Positions 24,020 to 32,000 of a stretch of 32,000 nucleotides of DNA are shown in pieces. Numbering within the stretch: the stretch's first letter is position 1; each line of letters starts with the position of its first letter. The position numbers were made by a program, and so were the translations under genes. The DNA lies in the NCBI RefSeq assembly GCF_059727855.1, contig NZ_AP038814.1. One strand, 5' to 3'. Below the pieces are notes generated by a model. That model saw only the letters and a list, made by a program, of their open reading frames with translations. It was not told the origin of the DNA and did no database searches.

Positions 24020-24610
24020 ATGACGGCGGAAGGTCACCTTCTCTTTTCTATTGCTTGTGCGGTATTTGCCAAAAATGCCGAGCTGACGCCCGTGCTGGCA
24101 CAGGGTGACTGGTGGCATATTGTCCCTTCCGCAATCCTGACGTGTTTGTTACCGGATATCGATCACCCAAAGTCGTTTCTTGGGCAGCGATTAAAGTGGA
24201 TATCAAAACCGATCGCCCGCGCTTTTGGGCATCGTGGTTTTACCCACAGTCTGCTGGCAGTATTTGCGCTGCTGGCAACCTTTTACCTTAAGGTTCCTGA
24301 AAGCTGGTTCATTCCGGCTGATGCGCTACAAGGAATGGTGCTGGGTTATTTAAGCCACATACTTGCCGATATGCTGACACCCGCCGGTGTTCCACTGCTC
24401 TGGCCATGCCGCTGGCGTTTCCGCTTGCCTATCCTGGTTCCCCAAAAGGGCAACCAACTGGAACGTTTTATCTGCATGGCATTATTTGTCTGGTCGGTAT
24501 GGATGCCCCATTCATTACCCGAGAACAGTGCTGTTCGTTGGTCATCGCAAATGATCAATACCTTGCAGATCCAGTTTCATCGGCTTATTAAGCATCAGGT
24601 TGAATACTAA
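24020..24610 (+). CDS. ydjM: LexA-regulated inner-membrane protein, YdjM/DUF457 putative metal-dependent hydrolase
   Basis: ORF 24008-24610 (GTG) trimmed to the ATG at 24020 (MTAEGHLLFSIA...), 196 aa. Conserved His/Asp clusters are DIDHP, GHRGFTHS and SHILAD. Confidence 0.88.
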   Translation: MTAEGHLLFSIACAVFAKNAELTPVLAQGDWWHIVPSAILTCLLPDIDHPKSFLGQRLKWISKPIARAFGHRGFTHSLLAVFALLATFYLKVPESWFIPADALQGMVLGYLSHILADMLTPAGVPLLWPCRWRFRLPILVPQKGNQLERFICMALFVWSVWMPHSLPENSAVRWSSQMINTLQIQFHRLIKHQVEY

Positions 24611-24742
24611 AAAGGCAAAAATCACCTTTCTGGAATAAGCAATTCCATTTGAATATAAGAGCCAGCTCACAGTTCTGTTAATCTTGCGCCAACACTATGA
24701 CTGCTACGCAGTGATAGAAATAATAAGATCAGGAGAACGGGG

Positions 24743-26134
24743 ATGAACTTTCCATTAATTGCGAACATCGTGGTGTTCGTTGTACTGCTGTTTGCGCTGG
24801 CTCAGACCCGCCATAAACAGTGGAGTCTGGCGAAAAAAGTGCTGGTGGGTCTGGTGATGGGTGTGGTTTTTGGCCTTGCCCTGCATACCATTTATGGTTC
24901 TGACAGCCAGGTACTTAAAGATTCTGTACAGTGGTTTAACATCGTTGGTAACGGCTATGTTCAACTGCTGCAAATGATCGTTATGCCGTTAGTCTTCGCC
25001 TCTATTCTGAGCGCGGTTGCCCGTCTGCATAACGCATCTCAGTTAGGCAAAATCAGTTTTCTGACCATCGGTACGCTTTTGTTTACCACGCTGATTGCGG
25101 CGCTGGTCGGTGTGCTGGTCACCAACCTGTTTGGTTTGACGGCTGAAGGTCTGGTTCAGGGTGGTGCAGAAACTGCACGTCTGAACGCCATCGAAAGTAA
25201 CTATGTTGGTAAAGTCTCTGACCTGAGCGTTCCGCAGCTGGTCTTGTCCTTTATCCCGAAAAACCCGTTTGCCGATCTGACCGGAGCCAATCCGACGTCA
25301 ATTATCAGCGTGGTAATTTTTGCCGCATTCCTCGGTGTAGCTGCGCTGAAACTGCTGAAGGATGATGCGCCGAAAGGTGAACGCGTCTTAACCGCTATCG
25401 ATACCCTGCAAAGCTGGGTGATGAAACTGGTTCGCCTGGTCATGCAGTTGACCCCTTACGGCGTTCTGGCACTAATGACCAAAGTGGTTGCAGGTTCGAA
25501 CCTGCAAGACATCATCAAACTGGGAAGTTTCGTTGTCGCGTCCTACCTCGGTCTGCTGATTATGTTTGCAGTGCATGGCATTCTGCTGGGCATTAATGGC
25601 GTGAGTCCGCTGAAGTACTTCCGTAAGGTATGGCCTGTGCTGACGTTTGCCTTTACCAGCCGTTCCAGTGCTGCGTCTATCCCACTGAATGTGGAAGCAC
25701 AAACGCGTCGTCTGGGCGTTCCTGAATCCATCGCCAGTTTCGCCGCCTCTTTCGGTGCGACCATTGGTCAGAACGGCTGCGCCGGTTTGTATCCGGCAAT
25801 GCTGGCGGTGATGGTTGCGCCTACGGTTGGCATTAACCCGCTGGACCCGATGTGGATTGCGACGCTGGTCGGTATTGTTACCGTTAGCTCCGCAGGCGTT
25901 GCCGGTGTCGGTGGTGGTGCAACTTTCGCCGCACTGATTGTGCTGCCTGCGATGGGCCTGCCAGTAACCCTGGTGGCGCTGTTAATCTCCGTTGAACCGC
26001 TTATCGACATGGGCCGTACGGCGCTAAACGTTAGTGGCTCGATGACAGCTGGCACGCTGACCAGCCAGTGGCTGAAGCAAACCGATAAAGCCATTCTGGA
26101 TAGCGAAGACGACGCCGAACTGGCACACCGTTAA
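24743..26134 (+). CDS. tcyP: L-cystine transporter, DAACS (dicarboxylate/amino acid:cation symporter) family
   Basis: 463 aa, polytopic, with the DAACS-type motif [11 protein letters not shown]. Recognised as YdjN/TcyP. Confidence 0.92.
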   Translation: MNFPLIANIVVFVVLLFALAQTRHKQWSLAKKVLVGLVMGVVFGLALHTIYGSDSQVLKDSVQWFNIVGNGYVQLLQMIVMPLVFASILSAVARLHNASQLGKISFLTIGTLLFTTLIAALVGVLVTNLFGLTAEGLVQGGAETARLNAIESNYVGKVSDLSVPQLVLSFIPKNPFADLTGANPTSIISVVIFAAFLGVAALKLLKDDAPKGERVLTAIDTLQSWVMKLVRLVMQLTPYGVLALMTKVVAGSNLQDIIKLGSFVVASYLGLLIMFAVHGILLGINGVSPLKYFRKVWPVLTFAFTSRSSAASIPLNVEAQTRRLGVPESIASFAASFGATIGQNGCAGLYPAMLAVMVAPTVGINPLDPMWIATLVGIVTVSSAGVAGVGGGATFAALIVLPAMGLPVTLVALLISVEPLIDMGRTALNVSGSMTAGTLTSQWLKQTDKAILDSEDDAELAHR

Positions 26135-26137
26135 TTC

Positions 26138-26941
26138 TTATGCTGGCAACGGTCCGTTTTGTATAGGGGCCGTTGCCTTACTTTTTAAATGTTCCATCGC
26201 GGCGATGCATACTGACTCATATTGAAACAGATCGTCAGCGAAAAAAATGGCCAACTTATCAATACATTCCTGGCTCAATGAATGTGCCTGTAGCGAGAAG
26301 CTTAAAACCTCATACCCGAGACGTTTTCTAAGTGAACTATCTGGAATACTCATAATATCTTCAAGTATACCACTTCCCATTCCCGGAAGATTTAGTGGAT
26401 TAAAAAGAAGATTGATATTAAGTATTGATATTATCGAAGGAAACTTTAGGAGACTCTCATTTTTTTGAATCGCAGCAAAAATGCTCCCGGCAGGATGTAT
26501 ATAATTTTTTTCATAGTATATAGTCCTTAAATAATGAATAACCAACCTGTTTTTTATATTGATCAAATTCGTCATTTTTTCGGGTCGGAATTCACAGGTA
26601 AAATCCATCCCAACAAAATTCTCATTAATACCTCTTATCCGAAACTCACTGCCATAAAGATTATTAATTATCACTCTATATTTAACATTGTCCTGCAGAT
26701 ACGTATCAAAACTAAGTGCTGGCGCTCCTGGCTTTGAGGCATCATAGTTAATGTTAGACATATAGGCAATCATATAATTAAAGTTTGATTCTGCTATTTC
26801 ATCGCAGTCACATTGACCCGTTGATATAAAGAAAGTGAGTGCTGTCATAGTAGACTGCAGCCTTTCTTTAAAAGAGTCAAAAGCCAGACTTTTAATATTT
26901 AAATCACCATAATTACTCTGTATTAAGTTTGTAGAAAACAT
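26138..26941 (-). CDS. ydjO: Uncharacterised protein YdjO (AT-rich orphan, no motif recognised)
   Basis: ORF 26138-26953. The ATG at 26941 (MFSTNLIQSNYG...) is preceded by AGGTGGGAG, whereas the ATG at 26953 has no Shine-Dalgarno sequence. About one-third G+C on the lines I counted. Confidence 0.8.
   Translation of the reverse strand: MFSTNLIQSNYGDLNIKSLAFDSFKERLQSTMTALTFFISTGQCDCDEIAESNFNYMIAYMSNINYDASKPGAPALSFDTYLQDNVKYRVIINNLYGSEFRIRGINENFVGMDFTCEFRPEKMTNLINIKNRLVIHYLRTIYYEKNYIHPAGSIFAAIQKNESLLKFPSIISILNINLLFNPLNLPGMGSGILEDIMSIPDSSLRKRLGYEVLSFSLQAHSLSQECIDKLAIFFADDLFQYESVCIAAMEHLKSKATAPIQNGPLPA
26145..26186 (+). terminator. tcyP intrinsic terminator embedded in the 3' end of the convergent ydjO CDS
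   Basis: 11-bp stem GGCAACGGTCC / GGGCCGTTGCC with one G-U pair and an 11-nt loop, followed by TTACTTTTT. Confidence 0.65.
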
Positions 26942-27199
26942 CTCCCACCTCATATTGTTAACAAAATTATTATCTCATTTAAATCTAAGTCATTTACAAT
27001 ATAAGTTTAAGCGCGACGCCACAGGATGAACTATCAAAAATAGCTCATCATGATTAGCAAAACTTAACCATTTTAAAATAAATAAACAATTAAAGAAAAA
27101 AGATCACTTATTTATAGCAATAGATCGTCAAAGGCAGCTTTTTGTTACAGGTGGTTTGAATGAATGTAGCAATGAAATACAGAATTTCAGGCCATGTAA

Positions 27200-27218
27200 C
27201 TCCCGGCAAAACCGGGAG
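27200..27218 (-). terminator. Hairpin just downstream of cedA (possible terminator, poor U-run)
   Basis: CTCCCGG caaaa CCGGGAG lies 12 nt beyond the cedA stop. Confidence 0.4.
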
Positions 27219-27229
27219 GTACGTAATCT

Positions 27230-27472
27230 TTACTCAGTCACTTCCCCTTCCTGGCGGATCTGATTTGCCCAACGCTGGGCGGATTCAGGCACAGTAAACG
27301 CCGGTGAGCGCAGAAATGACTCTCCCATCAGTACAAACGCAACATATTTGCCACGCAGCATCCAGACATCACGAAACGAATCCATCTTTATCGCATGTTC
27401 TGGCGGCGCGGGTTCCGTGCGTGGGACATAGCTAATAATCTGGCGGTTTTGCTGGCGGAGCGGTTTCTTCAT
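27230..27472 (-). CDS. cedA: Cell-division modulator CedA
   Basis: ORF 27230-27493 trimmed to MKKPLRQQNRQIISYVPRTEP..., 80 aa as I recall the annotation. The upstream ATG at 27493 remains possible. Confidence 0.85.
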   Translation of the reverse strand: MKKPLRQQNRQIISYVPRTEPAPPEHAIKMDSFRDVWMLRGKYVAFVLMGESFLRSPAFTVPESAQRWANQIRQEGEVTE

Positions 27473-27675
27473 TACTGGCTTCACTAAACGCATATTAAAA
27501 ATCAGAAAAACTGTAGTTTAGCCGATTTAGCCCCTGTACGTCCCGCTTTGCGTGTATTTCATAACACCGTTTCCAGAATAGTCTCCGAAGCGGGGTCTGG
27601 CTGGTGGTCTATAGTTAGAGAGTTTTTTGACCAAAACAGCGGCCCTTTCAGTAATAAATTAAGGAGACGAGTTCA

Positions 27676-29937
27676 ATGTCGCAACATAACGAAAAGAACC
27701 CACATCAGCACCAGTCACCACTACACGATTCCAGCGAAGCGAAACCGGGGATGGACTCACTGGCACCTGAGGACGGATCTCATCGTCCAGCGGCTGAACC
27801 AACACCGCCAGGTGCACAACCTACCGCCCCAGGGAGCCTGAAAGCCCCTGATACGCGTAACGAAAAACTTAATTCTCTGGAAGACGTACGCAAAGGCAGT
27901 GAAAATTATGCGCTGACCACTAATCAGGGCGTGCGCATCGCCGATGATCAAAACTCACTGCGTGCCGGTAACCGTGGTCCAACGCTGCTGGAAGATTTTA
28001 TTCTGCGCGAGAAAATCACCCACTTTGACCATGAGCGCATCCCGGAACGTATTGTTCATGCACGCGGATCAGCAGCTCACGGTTATTTCCAGCCATATAA
28101 AAGCTTAAGCGATATCACCAAAGCGGATTTCCTCTCAGATCCGAACAAAATCACCCCAGTATTTGTTAGGTTCTCTACCGTTCAGGGTGGCGCTGGCTCT
28201 GCCGATACCGTGCGTGATATCCGTGGTTTTGCCACCAAGTTCTATACTGAAGAGGGTATTTTTGACCTCGTTGGCAATAACACGCCAATCTTCTTTATCC
28301 AGGATGCGCATAAATTTCCCGATTTTGTTCATGCGGTAAAACCAGAACCGCACTGGGCAATTCCACAAGGGCAAAGCGCCCACGATACTTTCTGGGATTA
28401 TGTTTCTCTGCAACCTGAAACTCTGCACAACGTGATGTGGGCGATGTCGGATCGCGGGATCCCGCGCAGTTACCGCACCATGGAAGGCTTCGGTATTCAC
28501 ACCTTCCGCCTGATTAATGCCGAAGGGAAGGCAACGTTTGTACGTTTCCACTGGAAACCACTGGCAGGTAAAGCCTCACTCGTTTGGGATGAAGCACAAA
28601 AACTCACCGGACGTGACCCGGACTTCCACCGCCGCGAGTTGTGGGAAGCCATTGAAGCAGGCGATTTTCCGGAATACGAACTGGGCTTCCAGTTGATTCC
28701 TGAAGAAGATGAATTCAAGTTCGACTTCGATCTTCTCGATCCAACCAAACTTATCCCGGAAGAACTGGTGCCCGTTCAGCGTGTCGGCAAAATGGTGCTC
28801 AATCGCAACCCGGATAACTTCTTTGCCGAAAACGAACAAGCAGCATTCCATCCAGGTCATATTGTTCCTGGTCTGGACTTCACCAACGATCCGCTGTTGC
28901 AGGGGCGTTTATTCTCCTATACCGATACACAAATCAGTCGTCTTGGCGGGCCAAATTTCCATGAGATTCCGATTAACCGTCCGACCTGCCCTTACCATAA
29001 TTTCCAGCGTGACGGCATGCATCGCATGGGGATCGACACTAACCCGGCTAATTACGAACCGAACTCGATTAACGATAACTGGCCGCGCGAAACACCGCCG
29101 GGGCCGAAACGCGGCGGTTTTGAATCATACCAGGAGCGCGTGGAAGGCAATAAAGTTCGCGAGCGCAGCCCATCGTTTGGCGAATATTATTCCCATCCGC
29201 GTCTGTTCTGGCTAAGTCAGACGCCATTTGAGCAGCGCCATATTGTCGATGGTTTCAGTTTTGAGTTAAGCAAAGTCGTTCGTCCGTATATTCGTGAGCG
29301 CGTTGTTGACCAGCTGGCGCATATTGATCTCACTCTGGCCCAGGCGGTGGCGAAAAATCTCGGTATCGAACTGACTGACGACCAGCTGAATATCACCCCA
29401 CCTCCGGACGTCAACGGTCTGAAAAAGGATCCATCCTTAAGTTTGTACGCCATTCCTGACGGTGATGTGAAAGGTCGCGTGGTAGCGATTTTACTTAATG
29501 ATGAAGTGAGATCGGCAGACCTTCTGGCCATTCTCAAGGCGCTGAAGGCCAAAGGCGTTCATGCCAAACTGCTCTACTCCCGAATGGGTGAAGTGACTGC
29601 GGATGACGGTACGGTGTTGCCTATAGCCGCTACCTTTGCCGGTGCACCTTCGCTGACGGTCGATGCGGTCATTGTCCCTTGCGGCAATATCGCGGATATC
29701 GCTGACAACGGCGATGCCAACTACTACCTGATGGAAGCCTACAAACACCTTAAACCGATTGCGCTGGCGGGTGACGCGCGCAAGTTTAAAGCAACAATCA
29801 AGGTCGCTGACCAGGGTGAAGAAGGGATTGTGGAAGCTGACAGCGCTGACGGTAGTTTTATGGATGAACTGCTAACGCTGATGGCAGCACACCGCGTGTG
29901 GTCACGCATTCCTAAGATTGACAAAATTCCTGCCTGA
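27676..29937 (+). CDS. katE: Catalase HPII (large-subunit monofunctional catalase)
   Basis: 753 aa with the catalase active-site region [20 protein letters not shown], the heme-ligand motif RLFSYTDTQ and the C-terminal flavodoxin-like extension typical of HPII. SD TAAGGAG lies upstream. Confidence 0.96.
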   Translation: MSQHNEKNPHQHQSPLHDSSEAKPGMDSLAPEDGSHRPAAEPTPPGAQPTAPGSLKAPDTRNEKLNSLEDVRKGSENYALTTNQGVRIADDQNSLRAGNRGPTLLEDFILREKITHFDHERIPERIVHARGSAAHGYFQPYKSLSDITKADFLSDPNKITPVFVRFSTVQGGAGSADTVRDIRGFATKFYTEEGIFDLVGNNTPIFFIQDAHKFPDFVHAVKPEPHWAIPQGQSAHDTFWDYVSLQPETLHNVMWAMSDRGIPRSYRTMEGFGIHTFRLINAEGKATFVRFHWKPLAGKASLVWDEAQKLTGRDPDFHRRELWEAIEAGDFPEYELGFQLIPEEDEFKFDFDLLDPTKLIPEELVPVQRVGKMVLNRNPDNFFAENEQAAFHPGHIVPGLDFTNDPLLQGRLFSYTDTQISRLGGPNFHEIPINRPTCPYHNFQRDGMHRMGIDTNPANYEPNSINDNWPRETPPGPKRGGFESYQERVEGNKVRERSPSFGEYYSHPRLFWLSQTPFEQRHIVDGFSFELSKVVRPYIRERVVDQLAHIDLTLAQAVAKNLGIELTDDQLNITPPPDVNGLKKDPSLSLYAIPDGDVKGRVVAILLNDEVRSADLLAILKALKAKGVHAKLLYSRMGEVTADDGTVLPIAATFAGAPSLTVDAVIVPCGNIADIADNGDANYYLMEAYKHLKPIALAGDARKFKATIKVADQGEEGIVEADSADGSFMDELLTLMAAHRVWSRIPKIDKIPA

Positions 29938-29940
29938 TGG

Positions 29941-29964
29941 GAGGCGGCGCAATTGCGCCGCCTC
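29941..29964 (+). terminator. Perfect GC-rich palindrome immediately after katE (probable transcript-end hairpin)
   Basis: GAGGCGGCGCAATTGCGCCGCCTC is a 24-nt perfect palindrome 4 nt after the katE stop. It lacks a clear U-run. Confidence 0.5.
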
Positions 29965-29993
29965 AAATGATTTACATAGTGCGCTTTGTTTAT

Positions 29994-30092
29994 GCCGGAT
30001 GCGGCGTGAACGCCTTATCCGGCCTACAAAACTGTGCAAATTCAATATATTGCAGGAAACACGTAGGCCTGATAAGCGAAGCGCATCAGGCA
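29994..30092. repeat. BIME with two inverted REP elements flanking an IHF-site linker (RIP/RIB-type)
   Basis: REP GCCGGATGCGGCGTGAACGCCTTATCCGGCCTAC (29994-30027), inverted REP GTAGGCCTGATAAGCGAAGCGCATCAGGCA (30063-30092), and a linker containing AATTCAATATATTG, which resembles the IHF consensus WATCAAnnnnTTR. Confidence 0.85.
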
Positions 30093-30117
30093 GTTTTGCG
30101 TTTGTCAGCAGTCTCAA

Positions 30118-30182
30118 GCGGCGCAGTTACGCCGCCTTTGTAGGAATTAATCGCCGGATGCAAGGTTCACGCCGCATCTGGC
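30118..30182. repeat. Second GC hairpin plus degenerate REP-like element
   Basis: GCGGCG cagtta CGCCGC (30118-30135) followed by GCCGGATGCAAGGTTCACGCCGCATCTGGC (30153-30182). Confidence 0.65.
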
Positions 30183-30194
30183 AAACATCCTCAC

Positions 30195-30956
<762 letters not shown>

Positions 30957-32000
30957 TTAATGTGCTTTTTTAAGCTCTGCGATGCAGTCGGCAAAGTTTG
31001 GCAGCCATTTCTCGTGCGCCAGAATCATCTCGCGTGCCAGCAGCTCAGCATCGCGATCGGAATGCACCAACGGACTAAGGTTTAGCGCCAGTAACACATC
31101 GTTAAATTCTCCGCTAAGTGCGGCGTTACTGGCAGCAATCTCGAAGCCTTTAATGGTGTGAATCAGCCCCATTACTTTATCATCGAAATGCGTAATGCGC
31201 GGATGTGGCGTCGCGCCATCGCGCCCCAGCTTACAGGTCATTTCTACTGCCCAGTCTGCCGGAATATTATCAATCTGCCCATGATGCGGGATATTAACGT
31301 AATGTTCTGCTTGCTTGTCGTTGTAGATAGCGTTGATCACTTCGCATGCTGCATCAGAGTAATAAGCCCCACCGCGCTGTTCCAGTTCTTTCGGCTTAAC
31401 TTTCAGCTCAGGATTTTTATACAGCTCAAAAAGTTGTTTCTCGACTTTCTGTACTACCTGCGCTCGTGCGCCGCCTTTGTAGTATTCGCCCATTTCAATA
31501 GCCAGCATCTCTTTCTGCTTGAAGTAATACAGCAGATAAGAACATGGCAGCAGATTCAACGAACGAATTAAGCCCTCACTAAATGGCAGATCGAAAATAT
31601 TTTTTACAGAGGACGCTTTTAACTGCCCTGACGCCACACCATCAAGCAATTCGGCAAAGCGCGACTTGCCATTTACCAGCACATCCTTAATGAACACCAT
31701 ATGGTTGAGGCCGAACAAATCGATAGATAAATCATCGCTGTCTTTCAGCATCAGAACATCGCGAATAAACATCTTCATGCCGATCGGAATATTACACACG
31801 CCGATAAAGCGTTTAAATCCGGTATGACGATAAACGGCTTCAGTGACCATTCCCGCCGGGTTAGTGAAGTTAATCACCCATGCATTCGGACAAAGTTCTT
31901 CGACATCTTTTACGATGTCAAAAATCACCGGAATGGTACGCAGACCTTTAAACAAACCGCCCGCGCCGTTGGTTTCCTGACCAAGATAACCATGACTTAA
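30957..32000 (-). CDS. chbF: 6-phospho-beta-glucosidase (GH4, NAD/Mn-dependent), C-terminal ~347 codons; the 5' part lies beyond the window end
   Basis: The frame is open from the stop at 30957 to the window edge; the ORF track begins at an internal Met. GH4 motifs FTNPAGMVTEA and GVCNIPIG are present. Confidence 0.92.
   Translation of the reverse strand, partial: LSHGYLGQETNGAGGLFKGLRTIPVIFDIVKDVEELCPNAWVINFTNPAGMVTEAVYRHTGFKRFIGVCNIPIGMKMFIRDVLMLKDSDDLSIDLFGLNHMVFIKDVLVNGKSRFAELLDGVASGQLKASSVKNIFDLPFSEGLIRSLNLLPCSYLLYYFKQKEMLAIEMGEYYKGGARAQVVQKVEKQLFELYKNPELKVKPKELEQRGGAYYSDAACEVINAIYNDKQAEHYVNIPHHGQIDNIPADWAVEMTCKLGRDGATPHPRITHFDDKVMGLIHTIKGFEIAASNAALSGEFNDVLLALNLSPLVHSDRDAELLAREMILAHEKWLPNFADCIAELKKAH

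Noticed and set aside
27160-27297. 45-codon + strand ORF (MNVAMKYRISGHVTPGKTGRYVIF...) with a good AGGTGG Shine-Dalgarno sequence 5 nt upstream, running antisense into the cedA 3' end
   Set aside because: The SD-ATG geometry is attractive. However, the ORF traverses the cedA downstream hairpin, and two-thirds of it is antisense to cedA. I have no conservation or expression evidence, so a chance ORF is most likely. Ribo-seq (retapamulin/Onc112) data could revive it.
28135-29552. Several 80-170-aa ORFs on both strands inside katE (for example 28709-29215 on the + strand, 28135-28551 on the - strand)
   Set aside because: They are alternate-frame or antisense ORFs within a confidently identified 753-aa catalase gene.

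Overview
The window is an Escherichia coli-type chromosomal segment, collinear with the K-12 map from ppsA to chbF. I recognised the gene order and most protein sequences by eye. It holds about 31 protein-coding genes and no tRNA or rRNA genes. Order: ppsA (partial), ppsR, aroH, ydiE, selO, ydiV, nlpC, btuD-btuE-btuC, the thrS-infC-rpmI-rplT-pheM-pheS-pheT-ihfA translation cluster, arpB, yniD, ydiY, pfkB, ydiZ, yniA, yniB, hxpB, ydjM, tcyP, ydjO, cedA, katE, a REP/BIME cluster, chbG and chbF (partial). Classic regulatory sites can be read directly. These include a Cra box, a TrpR operator, a Fur box, tandem LexA boxes, the pheM attenuator, the infC AUU start, the thrS and L20 leader regions, and several intrinsic terminators. 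I found no CRISPR array, IS element, transposase, integrase, prophage remnant, toxin-antitoxin pair or recognisable multi-gene defence locus. I see no convincing undescribed multi-gene system; this is mostly ordinary, well-studied core genome. The least understood parts are three AT-rich, apparently foreign single-gene islets: ydiV, arpB and ydjO. arpB is the best lead. It is an uninterrupted 632-codon frame here, although I recall it being a frameshifted pseudogene in the MG1655 reference. It pairs a possible ShET2/EspL-like effector domain with five ankyrin-like units spaced about 48 residues apart. ydjO is a motif-less orphan. Convergent gene ends lie only 3 nt apart at tcyP/ydjO and at ydiE/selO. 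All homology statements come from memory and by-eye reading, not from searches.
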